Shown piece after piece: positions 18,564 to 28,538 of a stretch of 64,000 bases of DNA. The stretch is taken from NCBI GenBank assembly GCA_031425235.1, contig JANPIZ010000004.1, forward strand, positions 66,251 to 130,250, read 5' to 3'. Each line of letters opens with the position of its first letter. Position 1 is the stretch's first letter. Made by a program: the position numbers and the translations under genes. The notes under the pieces are model-generated. The model was not told where the DNA came from and searched no databases. It saw only the letters and a list, made by a program, of their open reading frames with translations. Origin of the DNA: Candidatus Nomurabacteria bacterium. GTDB taxonomy: Bacteria; Patescibacteriota; Minisyncoccia; Phycocordibacterales; UBA9973.

Positions 18564-20504
18564 TTACTCAGTCACAAGCCCACTACCAACTGGAGCCAGA
18601 TTATCCAGAGAGAGGTCGGTACGCAAAGAGCCTTTTGCTACCCTTAGGTCTACCTTAGCAAAATCATCACGCCCGGTCAAAACTGCATCATTGATAATAA
18701 CAGCGAGATTATTTATTTGTGAGAAAAGTGGAGTAAGTGCAACTTGGAATGAAACTGTCTTCGCGGCAGTGGTAACACCTGTTGCTTTGAGTATACTGCC
18801 TGCATTCCAAACAACTTCCCGGCTCGAAGAATTAAATACGACATCCTCCGTTGCAGGTGATACAGAACCCACGAAACGCACCCACGTAGGCAACACCGCA
18901 CGCACTTGGGCTTTTGAAATATTGTTTGATGAATTTGAGATGGACCACACGATAGTATACGTGGTTTCCTTTTCAGCCTGTGGAGGTATCGGACCAGTAT
19001 TTTTAAACGCCCCAGAGTAGTACAAGGCTTTGTTTGATAATGCTAAATCAGAAGTTACTTTAATTGTTTTTGTTTCAGAATTATTTAGTTCTTGTGGCTC
19101 ATACCCAGCAACCAATTGCTTGCCCGTTATAGAAACTTCTATATTGATAGCAGGGCTATTAATTATTCCACCAATGGCTGATAAGAGCGGAATAGGATCG
19201 ATCGTAAAATTTACAGATCCAAAATCTCCTGGATTTATTTCAGCAAATTGCTCATTTGAAAATTTATCCCATACGAGAGTTGTTTGAGTTGAATCATATG
19301 TGCCCTGGTCTGCAGTGACAGTTTTTGTATTAAAAGCATTCCCTGTTATTTTTGCTCGGATTTCAAGATCGTTAACTTTTGTATCAAGGTTGTTACCCCA
19401 ATTGATGCTACCGTTAATGAGTGTTTTTGAATTTGTTGAATATTCCCTCTGCAATACGCCATTTATAGCAAGAGTCGCTTCGATAAAAGGCTTTTTAACT
19501 GACACGGTATGAGTGAGAGTGTTGAAAATAACTCCAATGTTTGATTTATCTGTTCCTCCCTGCTCACCACTATACACTCGGAAACTTTTTTGCTCACCGT
19601 CAAATACATCCACCATTCTGCCGGAAATCGAAATAGGGCGACTAACTCCAGGAGCAAGATCACCCATATTCCATATATTATTACCCATAGAGGGCTCAGG
19701 GTTTGCCGATACGAACTGGAACCCAGCGGGGTAATCTACTTTAAGCAACACACCTGAAACTGCTCTTGTAGAATTAAGTGTAGAAGTAATATTCAAGGTA
19801 ATGTTTTGATTTGGGCTCACGATGGCCGGAGCGTCGACGAGTAGATTAAGTGGTGTCGAATTAATAGTAACTTGAAAAGGTTTTTGTTTTACGAAAATCG
19901 CATTTGAACCTTCAACTCGGTATTCTATGGAGACTTTTATATCCCGCACACTTCCTTGTTCTCCAAATAAAATTAACTTTACATTCTCATTGCGCACCGA
20001 CCCGGCAGCAATAGTGCCAAGAGACTCGCGGAAATGCTCGGTTTCAGCAAGCGTATTGTTCGATGCGCCTTTTGGGTATTCAATAACAAGATCAACAAGG
20101 TCAAGTGGAGCATTGTTTCGATTAATAATACCAATAACAAGCGAAAGATCTTCTCCTCCGGCAGTAAACGTGTTCCCTATGATAGAAATATCAATATTGT
20201 TATTTGAAACAGAATTACCTGAGAAAAAGAAAATGTATGCAGCATAACCGATGGTAAGTGTAAAAAAAACTAATGAAAATATAAAAAATTTCTTAAATCG
20301 GGAAGTTTTCAAGAAAAATTTCTCCTGGAAATCTATGCTCTTTGGCTCAACTGTCTTCGTGTCTTCCCATGAATCCCGCATATCAGAAATGTGTGGATGC
20401 GAAAATGTATCATGGTGATCCATGCGTGGTTGATAGTTTTTACTAAAGAGTTTATTTTTTAACTCTTCAATCCGATTTAATTTATTCCTATCGTTAGGCA
20501 ACAT
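18564..20504 (-). CDS. Membrane-anchored multi-Ig-like (DUF11-like) protein
   Basis: One TM near the N-terminus; repeated beta-sandwich units such as YPAGFQFVSANP...WNMGDL. Confidence 0.75.
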   Translation of the reverse strand: MLPNDRNKLNRIEELKNKLFSKNYQPRMDHHDTFSHPHISDMRDSWEDTKTVEPKSIDFQEKFFLKTSRFKKFFIFSLVFFTLTIGYAAYIFFFSGNSVSNNNIDISIIGNTFTAGGEDLSLVIGIINRNNAPLDLVDLVIEYPKGASNNTLAETEHFRESLGTIAAGSVRNENVKLILFGEQGSVRDIKVSIEYRVEGSNAIFVKQKPFQVTINSTPLNLLVDAPAIVSPNQNITLNITSTLNSTRAVSGVLLKVDYPAGFQFVSANPEPSMGNNIWNMGDLAPGVSRPISISGRMVDVFDGEQKSFRVYSGEQGGTDKSNIGVIFNTLTHTVSVKKPFIEATLAINGVLQREYSTNSKTLINGSINWGNNLDTKVNDLEIRAKITGNAFNTKTVTADQGTYDSTQTTLVWDKFSNEQFAEINPGDFGSVNFTIDPIPLLSAIGGIINSPAINIEVSITGKQLVAGYEPQELNNSETKTIKVTSDLALSNKALYYSGAFKNTGPIPPQAEKETTYTIVWSISNSSNNISKAQVRAVLPTWVRFVGSVSPATEDVVFNSSSREVVWNAGSILKATGVTTAAKTVSFQVALTPLFSQINNLAVIINDAVLTGRDDFAKVDLRVAKGSLRTDLSLDNLAPVGSGLVTE

Positions 20505-20516
20505 ATATCATATTGT

Positions 20517-20555
20517 ACCCCGTAGTGAAGTTTTTTCAAAACTCTACTACAAGGT
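20517..20555 (-). repeat. Family A element, minimal 39-bp copy
   Basis: ACCCCGTAGTGAAGTTTTTTCAAAACTCTACTACAAGGT. Confidence 0.85.
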
Positions 20556-20591
20556 GTAGCACTTTACTAGAAATTTTAAAAAGTTGTTTTT

Positions 20592-21173
20592 TTACAAGTG
20601 GGTTTCTTTGAGTGCTTTGTTTATTTGTTGCAATACATGATTCCTGGATTTTGAAGCCTCAAAAATCATACTTTCTTCAAACGGTGACCTCACAAGATTT
20701 TGCAACACTGGATTTTCCCCTATATAGCCCAAGTTATTCAATATCCGAAGGACCATAACTGCTTCAAAGCTCCGCAAATCATCTTTATCTTCAATTTTTT
20801 TTAATACCGAAAAACTATGCAGCAAATCAGTAAACAAAGCTTCGTTTGGCTCTACGCCAGCAAGAAGTCGTTTGAGAAGTCGAGTAATATTCGAAACAAT
20901 GTTCAAAGTTTCTGGTCGTTTTATAACTCCTTCAAGTGAATTTGTTTTGGATGCACTCGTAATCCGAAACGTGTTTCGCCCTTGGACAAGATCCACTTTG
21001 ATATAAGAAAAATCTTGAAGTACGTAGCGGAGCTTGGATGACATTTTTCGCACGCCAGACGCAGAGGCGTAGATCATCCCGAGGTCACGAGTAAAAATAA
21101 AATAATATTTGTCAGATTCCCGAAAATTTTTACTTCCCAATATTATCCCTTCTGTATGATAAATGTGATGCAT
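20592..21173 (-). CDS. recO: DNA repair protein RecO
   Basis: TEGIIL.....ESDK...IFTRDLG.I.A.A.GVRK..SKL N-terminal OB fold. Confidence 0.9.
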   Translation of the reverse strand: MHHIYHTEGIILGSKNFRESDKYYFIFTRDLGMIYASASGVRKMSSKLRYVLQDFSYIKVDLVQGRNTFRITSASKTNSLEGVIKRPETLNIVSNITRLLKRLLAGVEPNEALFTDLLHSFSVLKKIEDKDDLRSFEAVMVLRILNNLGYIGENPVLQNLVRSPFEESMIFEASKSRNHVLQQINKALKETHL

Positions 21174-21174
21174 T

Positions 21175-21561
21175 TTATTTTAAATTCTCATCAAGGAATT
21201 TTTTTAAGCTTTCCAAATCTTTTTTTTCGTTATCGTAATAATAAGTATCTATACCTACAGATTGTGCAATTTTTACTACTTCAGAATTATGTTCAAAATA
21301 CACTACATTGCTCGAAGCTAGATTAAAATTTTTTAACATTATCTCAAAATATTTTCGATCTGTCTTTTTAGGATTATGTTCAAGTGTAAATACCTCATAA
21401 GGCATTTTATGTAGATTGTAAGTTGGAAACTTTTCACGAGGGGCACCTGTTAGGATAATTTTTTTATTAACGTATGTATCAAGAAGCTCATTAAGAGGTT
21501 GAAATATCTGACCTTCGTCAGAAACAAAACAATTTACAGCATCGACTAAAATTATTTTCAT
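21175..21561 (-). CDS. HAD-like protein
   Basis: MKIILVDA..., K.D..YF, VVYFEH....V..AQSVGI (degenerate HAD motifs). Confidence 0.65.
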   Translation of the reverse strand: MKIILVDAVNCFVSDEGQIFQPLNELLDTYVNKKIILTGAPREKFPTYNLHKMPYEVFTLEHNPKKTDRKYFEIMLKNFNLASSNVVYFEHNSEVVKIAQSVGIDTYYYDNEKKDLESLKKFLDENLK

Positions 21562-22148
21562 TATTTTAATATCTCGTTAATGACTTGCAGCACTTGGGGC
21601 AGTTCGTTCCATCCAGCGCTACCATTTAAATGCCCACCATTTGGTATCGAGATCAGTTTACAATTTAAATTTTTTGAAAGTTCTTCTGCGTGACCAAATG
21701 GAACCTTATCATCATTGTCCCCATGAATAACGTAAAAGTTTTTACACACTTTCTTTATATACTCAAAATCAAATGGGGTATCTAAAAAATTGTCTATTTT
21801 TCTGATTTTCGATTCTTTATCATGGGGATTAATTAAAGCACAAGGACCAGAAACCAAAATTACTCCACTAATTTTTTTACCTTCAGTTAGAGTTTCAAGG
21901 TATCGCAAAACACCCGGAACTCCGAGTGAATGCCCTATGAGTATTATTTCGTCTTCAGGAAATACATTTACAACATTATCAATTGTCTTTACCCATTCTA
22001 CCTTTTGCGGATTATTAGGTTTTGGCATCGGCAGAGCACAAGCATATATATTCTGTTTTTCTAGTTCACCCATAAGCCAAGGCCTCCAACCACCATTTGG
22101 GCTACCCATAAATCCATGAACCAAAAAAACTTTTTTCATATTACTCAA
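21561..22148 (-). CDS. RBBP9/YdeN family alpha/beta hydrolase
   Basis: VHGF.G...W..WL, GHSLG, HGDNDDKVP, GGH. Confidence 0.9.
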   Translation of the reverse strand: MSNMKKVFLVHGFMGSPNGGWRPWLMGELEKQNIYACALPMPKPNNPQKVEWVKTIDNVVNVFPEDEIILIGHSLGVPGVLRYLETLTEGKKISGVILVSGPCALINPHDKESKIRKIDNFLDTPFDFEYIKKVCKNFYVIHGDNDDKVPFGHAEELSKNLNCKLISIPNGGHLNGSAGWNELPQVLQVINEILK

Positions 22149-23373
22149 TTATAACCTCTTTTTCCGAGAATTTCATCTTTTCTAAAAAAATATCAAATTC
22201 TTCGTGATATTGCCCCGCATAACTTTGTTGAATGTTATTCACTTCATCAATTGTTTTATCTTTTCTTTTCAAATCTTTTATTCTTTCTAAATATTTCTTT
22301 CCAAAATCTGTTTGAAAAAATTCTCGATATATTTCAGACTGTGAGATGATTTCATCAATTTTTTCTGCTGTCATTTTGTCCCAATTATCTTGAATTTGTT
22401 TTAATAGTTGTGAGTCTTTCTCTACTTTTTTAGCAATTTCCGGATTTGGCTCCTTTAATATAATTTTTCCTCTACGTCCTTTTGGTAAGTATTTTTTTAA
22501 AAAATCTTCAGTTTTCATATACCCCCACACAACTTTATAGGGAGGTATACCAGTTTCTAAAAATTTCTTTACTCGCTCAATATTTATTTGTCCTTTAAAA
22601 TCAATAAATTGGCCCCAAAAGGCTCCCGTCACGTCTTCGACATTATTATCAATAACCTTAAAACCAGCACGTTTAGCGATAGCTGTATTCATAACCCATG
22701 AATGCCCAGCGATTACTTCTACTGAAGAATATGTATCCACTATTTGTTCTGCTAATTTATTAAATGATTCTGTGGGAAAAATACTTGTACTCGCGTCTGC
22801 AAGGATTTTTTTATATAGAGACTCGAGGTGGATAAACATACATCTCGTGTCCTTATTTATTTTATCTTCAGTACTTTCAAAAAAATTATTGTGATTATAT
22901 TCGATATCATAATGTATGAGACCTGCCGTCTGTTTCGGTTCTTCTTGTTCTGTTGTTAGCGTTGAATTTGTCCCTACAATTGTTACAATGGCTTTTGCTT
23001 TTTCAATTTGTAAAAATTCCTCTGTTTTTTGAATCCAATTTTCATGGTCATTTTTATAAAATGAAAGAATTTTATCAGAAAATTCTTTTTCAAGAGAAGC
23101 ATACATTTCGGTTTTCCAGTCTACTCCCTCTGGTAAAGTATTTCTACGATAGTTAATGGCTCGACTTAAAACCGGAGTGTACTTATTTAGAAGTCCTGTG
23201 AAATCGTTTACATCTACGTGTGATTCACCTTGTTCACCGAAAGGCGCAATTTTTTTTAAAAAAATTCTATCCACATATTCTAACTTTATTGCCGTTATTT
23301 TTTCATCAAGTAGCTCAGAGTGTTCCTCTATATTATGCCCTTGTATCGGTTGAGCTATACTTTCTAAATTCAT
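22141..23373 (-). CDS. Hypothetical protein
   Basis: 410-aa ORF with no motif I recognise; -10 element 6 nt before the ATG. Confidence 0.65.
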   Translation of the reverse strand: MNLESIAQPIQGHNIEEHSELLDEKITAIKLEYVDRIFLKKIAPFGEQGESHVDVNDFTGLLNKYTPVLSRAINYRRNTLPEGVDWKTEMYASLEKEFSDKILSFYKNDHENWIQKTEEFLQIEKAKAIVTIVGTNSTLTTEQEEPKQTAGLIHYDIEYNHNNFFESTEDKINKDTRCMFIHLESLYKKILADASTSIFPTESFNKLAEQIVDTYSSVEVIAGHSWVMNTAIAKRAGFKVIDNNVEDVTGAFWGQFIDFKGQINIERVKKFLETGIPPYKVVWGYMKTEDFLKKYLPKGRRGKIILKEPNPEIAKKVEKDSQLLKQIQDNWDKMTAEKIDEIISQSEIYREFFQTDFGKKYLERIKDLKRKDKTIDEVNNIQQSYAGQYHEEFDIFLEKMKFSEKEVIIE

Positions 23374-23387
23374 CCTTATATTTTATC

Positions 23388-23462
23388 ACCCTGTAGTGAA
23401 TTTTGGAAATGCTCAAAGTACGTAAATTTAATAATTTACTTTTCCAAAATCTACTACGGGGT
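23388..23462 (-). repeat. Family A element (75 bp); supplies the ileS stop codon
   Basis: ACCCTGTAGTGAATTTTGGAAA...TTTCCAAAATCTACTACGGGGT. Confidence 0.9.
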
Positions 23463-26400
23463 ATCAATTTTTACCTTAAATACCAAAGAGTCGGCTTTTA
23501 TTTCCCCGCCTGCACTAGCTGTGCTAGAAGCATTGCGGGCAGGTTCACCGTCGTTATTTTTAAAGTGTATGGTAGCAACTTGTACTGTTTTTTTCATATC
23601 CGCTTCGAATTTTTGAATCAATTTTTGTCCGTGCGCATCTGTTGCAAATGTGAGTGCCACTACGTCGCTCGGAGTCAAACCCATCTTTTTCCTCATATCC
23701 TGCAAGCCTCGTACAAGTTCACGATACGTTCCCTCTTCTTTTAATTCATGCGTGATCTTGGTATCGAGGGTAATTTTCGTGATACCTATTTTGATTTTTA
23801 CTAAATATTCAACATGTTTAATATTCAATTCATCTTTAATAATCTCGAGGTATTCTGGAGCCAAACTTTCAGCGATGATTTCCACTTGCTGCAGCGGCTG
23901 GCGAACTTTTATGCCTGCCTTCTGCCTGGCATCGAGACCGAGGGTAACAATATCTCGAGCAGTTTTCATCCGATCGATCACATTTGGTTTAAAAAAGAAG
24001 AAAAACTGAAATTTTTTCTTTGGCCACACGGAAAGATGCACGCTTTCCACATCAGTTTCATTTTTGAGCTGCTGCCAAATATCTTCCGCAGTAAACGGTG
24101 CAAATGGTGCTAATAGTTTTGATAAGGTTTTGAACACAAAATACAACGTTTTCTTTGCCTCAGCATCGCCTTCCTTTATTCGTTCTCGTGAGCGACGCAA
24201 ATACCATGTCGACAGGTCACCTATAAAATCGCGAATCGCACGTACGGGTTCGAGAAGTTTGTAATTATCTAAATGTTCAGTGGTTAATACTGTCAGTTCA
24301 TCAAGTCGAGCCAGTATCCATTGATCAAGTATGTTTGCTGACGTTGGTCTTTCGCTACTCTCTAAACTTGTATCTCGATACAATTCATAAAATGCAAGCA
24401 CGTTGTACAGCAAACTAAACACTTGCTGTGAAACTAACGCAACAGTTTTTTCATCAAAATTTTTCGATTCGCCTGGTTGATTGATCGAGTACATCCATAA
24501 GCGAATCGTGTCGACTCCGTATTTATCCATCATTGTCCAAGGGTCGACAATGTTACCAAGAGACTTTGACATTTTTTTACCTTTTGAATCAAGCAAATGC
24601 CCCAGACAAATTACATTTTTGTACGCCAATCCCCGACCCATAAGCACACCAACAGCATGCAACGTATAAAACCAGCCACGAGTCTGGTCGATGGCTTCGG
24701 AAATATAATCCGCTGGAAAACCAGGGCCCTCGACCCACTTTTTGTTTTCAAAAGGATAATGATCTTGAGCAAACGGCATCGCTCCGGAATCGAACCACAC
24801 ATCCATGACTTCTTTTGTTCGTGCAAGTTCACTACCACATACACAAACGAGCGTTACATTATCAATATATGGTCGATGTAAGTCGAGCTCATAATCTTCA
24901 TTGTGTGGTATGGTAACAAAATCAATTTGCTTATACTGTGCGTTCTTAAATAGAGCATTTTGTTCATTGCCACCCTTCTCCATAACTTCAGAGTGCCTGA
25001 AAAGTCCACCCGTCATCGCGATCGATTCGTCTACATTCAAGCCTTCGAGTACTGCATGCAACATCCAAATAGGTGCACCGTGCGAAATAATAAGAATTTT
25101 TTTATTTTTATGTTTTTCTTCGAGTTCGCAAAAAACATCTCCTATCCTTCTTTTTACATTGAGTAATGATTCACCACCATGGATAGGATTCAAAAATCTT
25201 TCCTTTTCATTTTTGAACATATCTCGATATTCATCCCAGGATTTGCCATTGAATTCTCCAGCGTCGAGTTCACCCAGCCTTTTATCGAAGACAATTTTAT
25301 TGTCTTCGATGCCTAATGATTTTTTTAGAATTTCCAATGTATCGCGTGTACGAACAAACGGAGACACCAATACAAAATCGAATTGAAGCCCTTCCTCTTT
25401 CATTTTTTTAGCTGAAGTTTCAACTTGTTGCTCTCCGACATTAGTGAGATGATCTTCATTCTCAACTCGCGATGATACCACGCCGTGTGGGCCACCCTTC
25501 ACATTACTTTCTGATTGCCCATGTCGCATGAGATAGTATTCGTTACCCGACTTTTTTGTTTTCTTTTTTAAATCTTCCACTCCCCCGACAACTTCTCTAG
25601 CATCACACGAATAACATTGCCATACCGGTAGAGGTGTGCCCCAATACCGCTCACGGGATATTGCCCAATCTTTTATTTCCCGCAACCATTCACCAAAGCG
25701 ACCATTTCTAATGTGGCTTGGCTCCCAGTTTATTTTTTGATTTTGGGAAATGAGTTCACTTTTAATTTTTCGATCTGACATCCGTATATACCATGAATCA
25801 CGTGCGTAGTAGATAAGCGCCGTTTTGCAACGCCAGCAATGTGGATATGAGTGTTTGTAGTTTTCTTGTTTGAAAAATAAATTTCTTTTCTTTAAGTCTT
25901 CTATGATATCGACTGCCAAAGTAGGTTTACCGTCGGTGTTAGTTTCTTTTACAAACCGGGCTTCCAAAAACCCTGTTCCTGAAACAAAGTTCCCTTCAGG
26001 GTTCACGAGATGATATTTAGGCAAGCCAATCTTTGTGCCAAGCACAAAGTCATCTTGACCATACATAACTGCAGTATGCACCACACCAGTACCATCTTCG
26101 ATGTTTACAAAGTCAGCAACATAAACTTTGAACATTTTTTCCGTAGATTCCCCTTTTTTCTCGAGCTGTTCTTTCAAAAATGGAAACAGTGGTTCGTATT
26201 CAAAACTGAGCAAATCCTTGCCTTTCATTTCTTCTGTAATTTCATATTCTCCACCGAGTATTTCAATTCTTTCTTTTGCTAATATTAAAAACTCATTTTC
26301 TTTTTTGACTTGTACGTATTCAATATCCTCACCTACAGCAAGAGCTACATTCCCGGGTAAAGTCCACGGAGTTGTCGTCCAAGCAAGTATGTATGTATTG

Positions 26401-27050
26401 TCCTCATTTTTTACTTTGAATTTTACATATACCGACAAATCTTTTACATCTTCGTATCCTTGTGCGAGTTCGTGCGAAGAAAGTGCGGTGCCACACCGTG
26501 GACACCATGGCACCACTTTATAGTCTTTATATAAAAGTTTCTGTTCATTAATTTTTGATACCACATTCCACAGTGACTCAATATATGTGTTATGATACGT
26601 CACATATGGATTGTCTTTATCTACCCAGTAGCCTACTCGGTCGCGATATTTATACCACACATCGACGTGTTTCCAGACACTTTCTTTGCATTTTTGATTA
26701 AATTCCGCGATACCAAAACTCTCAATTTCTCGTTTAGATTTGAGTCCAAGTTCTTTTTCGACGAGTAGCTCTACTGGCAAGCCATGGGTATCCCAGCCTC
26801 CCTTTCGGCGAACATGATACCCACGCATTGTTTTATATCGTGGAATCGCATCCTTGAATGATTGTGGAATGAGGTGATGTATACCTGGCATACCGTTTGC
26901 GGTTGGCGGTCCATCGTAAAATACAAATTCTTTTTTACCTTCAGTATTTTTTAAAGTTTTAGAAAAAATATTGTTCTCCTGCCAAAATTTTAAAACCTTT
27001 TCCTCGCGAAGAGCTTGCTCACTTTTTTGTTTTTTTTCTTGTTCGTCCAT
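23454..27050 (-). CDS. ileS: Isoleucyl-tRNA synthetase (type 2) with inserted histidine-phosphatase domain
   Basis: FYDGPPTANG, GWDTHGLPVE, WTTTPWTLP, DWAISRERYWGTP, DQTRGWFY, KMSKS; upstream T-box with Ile specifier. Confidence 0.97.
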   Translation of the reverse strand: MDEQEKKQKSEQALREEKVLKFWQENNIFSKTLKNTEGKKEFVFYDGPPTANGMPGIHHLIPQSFKDAIPRYKTMRGYHVRRKGGWDTHGLPVELLVEKELGLKSKREIESFGIAEFNQKCKESVWKHVDVWYKYRDRVGYWVDKDNPYVTYHNTYIESLWNVVSKINEQKLLYKDYKVVPWCPRCGTALSSHELAQGYEDVKDLSVYVKFKVKNEDNTYILAWTTTPWTLPGNVALAVGEDIEYVQVKKENEFLILAKERIEILGGEYEITEEMKGKDLLSFEYEPLFPFLKEQLEKKGESTEKMFKVYVADFVNIEDGTGVVHTAVMYGQDDFVLGTKIGLPKYHLVNPEGNFVSGTGFLEARFVKETNTDGKPTLAVDIIEDLKKRNLFFKQENYKHSYPHCWRCKTALIYYARDSWYIRMSDRKIKSELISQNQKINWEPSHIRNGRFGEWLREIKDWAISRERYWGTPLPVWQCYSCDAREVVGGVEDLKKKTKKSGNEYYLMRHGQSESNVKGGPHGVVSSRVENEDHLTNVGEQQVETSAKKMKEEGLQFDFVLVSPFVRTRDTLEILKKSLGIEDNKIVFDKRLGELDAGEFNGKSWDEYRDMFKNEKERFLNPIHGGESLLNVKRRIGDVFCELEEKHKNKKILIISHGAPIWMLHAVLEGLNVDESIAMTGGLFRHSEVMEKGGNEQNALFKNAQYKQIDFVTIPHNEDYELDLHRPYIDNVTLVCVCGSELARTKEVMDVWFDSGAMPFAQDHYPFENKKWVEGPGFPADYISEAIDQTRGWFYTLHAVGVLMGRGLAYKNVICLGHLLDSKGKKMSKSLGNIVDPWTMMDKYGVDTIRLWMYSINQPGESKNFDEKTVALVSQQVFSLLYNVLAFYELYRDTSLESSERPTSANILDQWILARLDELTVLTTEHLDNYKLLEPVRAIRDFIGDLSTWYLRRSRERIKEGDAEAKKTLYFVFKTLSKLLAPFAPFTAEDIWQQLKNETDVESVHLSVWPKKKFQFFFFFKPNVIDRMKTARDIVTLGLDARQKAGIKVRQPLQQVEIIAESLAPEYLEIIKDELNIKHVEYLVKIKIGITKITLDTKITHELKEEGTYRELVRGLQDMRKKMGLTPSDVVALTFATDAHGQKLIQKFEADMKKTVQVATIHFKNNDGEPARNASSTASAGGEIKADSLVFKVKIDTP
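23505..23543 (-). repeat. Family B element, copy 3, in frame in ileS
   Basis: Identical to the recA copy; encodes [13 protein letters not shown]. Confidence 0.95.
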
Positions 27051-27063
27051 AATATTTTTTATT

Positions 27064-27274
27064 AAAAAAACTCGTCCCCGTACAACAATACAAGATTGTT
27101 ATACAAGGACGAGTTTCATCGCCAGAGGCGATCAAGTCGTGGTACCACCTTGTTTCAAGCCTACTAAAATTATAGAGCTTCTTAATTGTAGCTATTACGG
27201 GCATGCCCGTCGGGTTCTACTCTGTTATTCACAGTTCCTCCCGAAGCTCAGAGGTGATAGCCTCTTCAACGCTC
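27064..27274 (-). promoter_or_regulatory. T-box riboswitch (Ile) leader of ileS
   Basis: T-box AAGGTGGTACCACG (27138-27151); specifier ATC in the loop of AGAGG-CTATCA-CCTCT; stem II with AGTA/GAA; terminator ACTCGTCC...GGACGAGTTTTTTT. Confidence 0.88.
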
Positions 27275-27304
27275 GTGTAAAAATAATACCACACATTTAA
27301 TAAA

Positions 27305-27333
27305 AATAAAACAGGCGCTTTAAGGTGCGCCTG
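27305..27333 (-). terminator. Intrinsic terminator
   Basis: CAGGCGC-ACCTTAAA-GCGCCTG followed by TTTTATTTTT on the minus strand. Confidence 0.75.
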
Positions 27334-27351
27334 CAAAACATTAGAAATTAT

Positions 27352-27540
27352 TTAATCTACTAATTCCCATTTTCTCTTCTTGAGAGCTCGTCTCAGAGAG
27401 GACTGTTTGCGATTTTCTTTTGGTCTTGTCATTAAATGACGACATCCGACCGGCGAACAGTATCGCCGAATTTTTTCCAAAGTTGCAGAAGATTTTCTTT
27501 TTCCACAAAAATAGTACAAATCTAGACGTAGTTTTGGCAT
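27352..27540 (-). CDS. Small basic Cys-containing protein, 62 aa
   Basis: Strong SD (AAGGAGTGA) before the ATG; terminator directly after. Confidence 0.55.
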   Translation of the reverse strand: MPKLRLDLYYFCGKRKSSATLEKIRRYCSPVGCRHLMTRPKENRKQSSLRRALKKRKWELVD

Positions 27541-27639
27541 TTATCACTCCTTTTAGAAAATTAAAAGAACTTAGTAAGTACTAAGTAAGTATGAACTTTT
27601 AAAATAAAAAAGCTTCCTCTGCTTGTGTATAACTTTTCA

Positions 27640-28020
27640 TTAATTATAAGCTCCAGATTGTGATTGTAATATGATTTTGCGAACTTCCTCGATAGCTTCT
27701 TCGGTGGTCATGGGGTTTTTAACCTTTTTTTCTACATAATCTTTTAAGTTTGCCACTAGTGCATCTGCGACCATCACTAATTCTCTTTCGTTTGCATTAT
27801 ATTTAAATTTTACTTCTTGGAGCCTCTCCGTCAGTGTACGCAAAAATTCCTTTGGACAACTTTTTATAATTTCATTTAAACCAAACTCAACAACTTTATG
27901 TTCCATTTTCTTCATTACGGTTCCGGGTTCTATGTGATTATTAAAAACCCGACTTGTGGCTATATTGTCCGCTGATTCAACGATCACCTTCTTTGATTCC
28001 ATTGGGTTTTCTTTGCTCAT
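27640..28020 (-). CDS. Hypothetical protein
   Basis: ORF track 27640..28065; likely start MSKENP. Confidence 0.6.
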   Translation of the reverse strand: MSKENPMESKKVIVESADNIATSRVFNNHIEPGTVMKKMEHKVVEFGLNEIIKSCPKEFLRTLTERLQEVKFKYNANERELVMVADALVANLKDYVEKKVKNPMTTEEAIEEVRKIILQSQSGAYN

Positions 28021-28142
28021 GCGGTTAATTATACACCTAGCTAACAATAAAAGGTATTCTTGCATTAAGTGAAAGTTTAAACGCCACGCTTCGGTTTTCG
28101 GCCAAAGCGCGGCGTTATTTTTGATTGAAAAAGAATTTCTGC

Positions 28143-28538
28143 CTATATAAATGGTACCGTCCCTGTGCCGGTACTACTACTTTGCATGCCGGCAAAACCT
28201 TTTGGCTCAGAATTTTGTTTTTCAAAAGCCTTTTGCCTTTTTTTTAATTTGACGAGATTTGGTTCAATTAAAACCTGAACCTTGTCTTCATTTTTCATTC
28301 TTTTCAATTTTAAGTTGACCCACTCCAACTTGTCATCAGGGGTGGATTTAAGTAAATATTCAAAAGAAAGCTTTACCCGTGCCAAGATTATTCTCTCAGC
28401 CTCTTCCAAAAGCTCCATTCGCTGAACAGGGCTCCCGACGTATTTTTCTTTCATTTTCGAATATTTTTCCCCAAGACTGAGGCAATCTTTTGTGATTGTT
28501 TCAGTAATGACTTCATGTGGTGGTTGAATTTTTTTCAT
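28143..28538 (-). CDS. Hypothetical protein
   Basis: AGGAG SD before MKKIQPP; GC hairpin at about 28080-28116 downstream. Confidence 0.55.
   Translation of the reverse strand: MKKIQPPHEVITETITKDCLSLGEKYSKMKEKYVGSPVQRMELLEEAERIILARVKLSFEYLLKSTPDDKLEWVNLKLKRMKNEDKVQVLIEPNLVKLKKRQKAFEKQNSEPKGFAGMQSSSTGTGTVPFI

Noticed and set aside
24930-25550. Intein or intron in ileS
   Set aside because: No intein terminal motifs; the insert has histidine-phosphatase motifs and stays in frame
27341-27547. 68-aa alternative-frame ORF
   Set aside because: Its GTG start lies inside the SD of the overlapping 62-aa ORF, which is better supported
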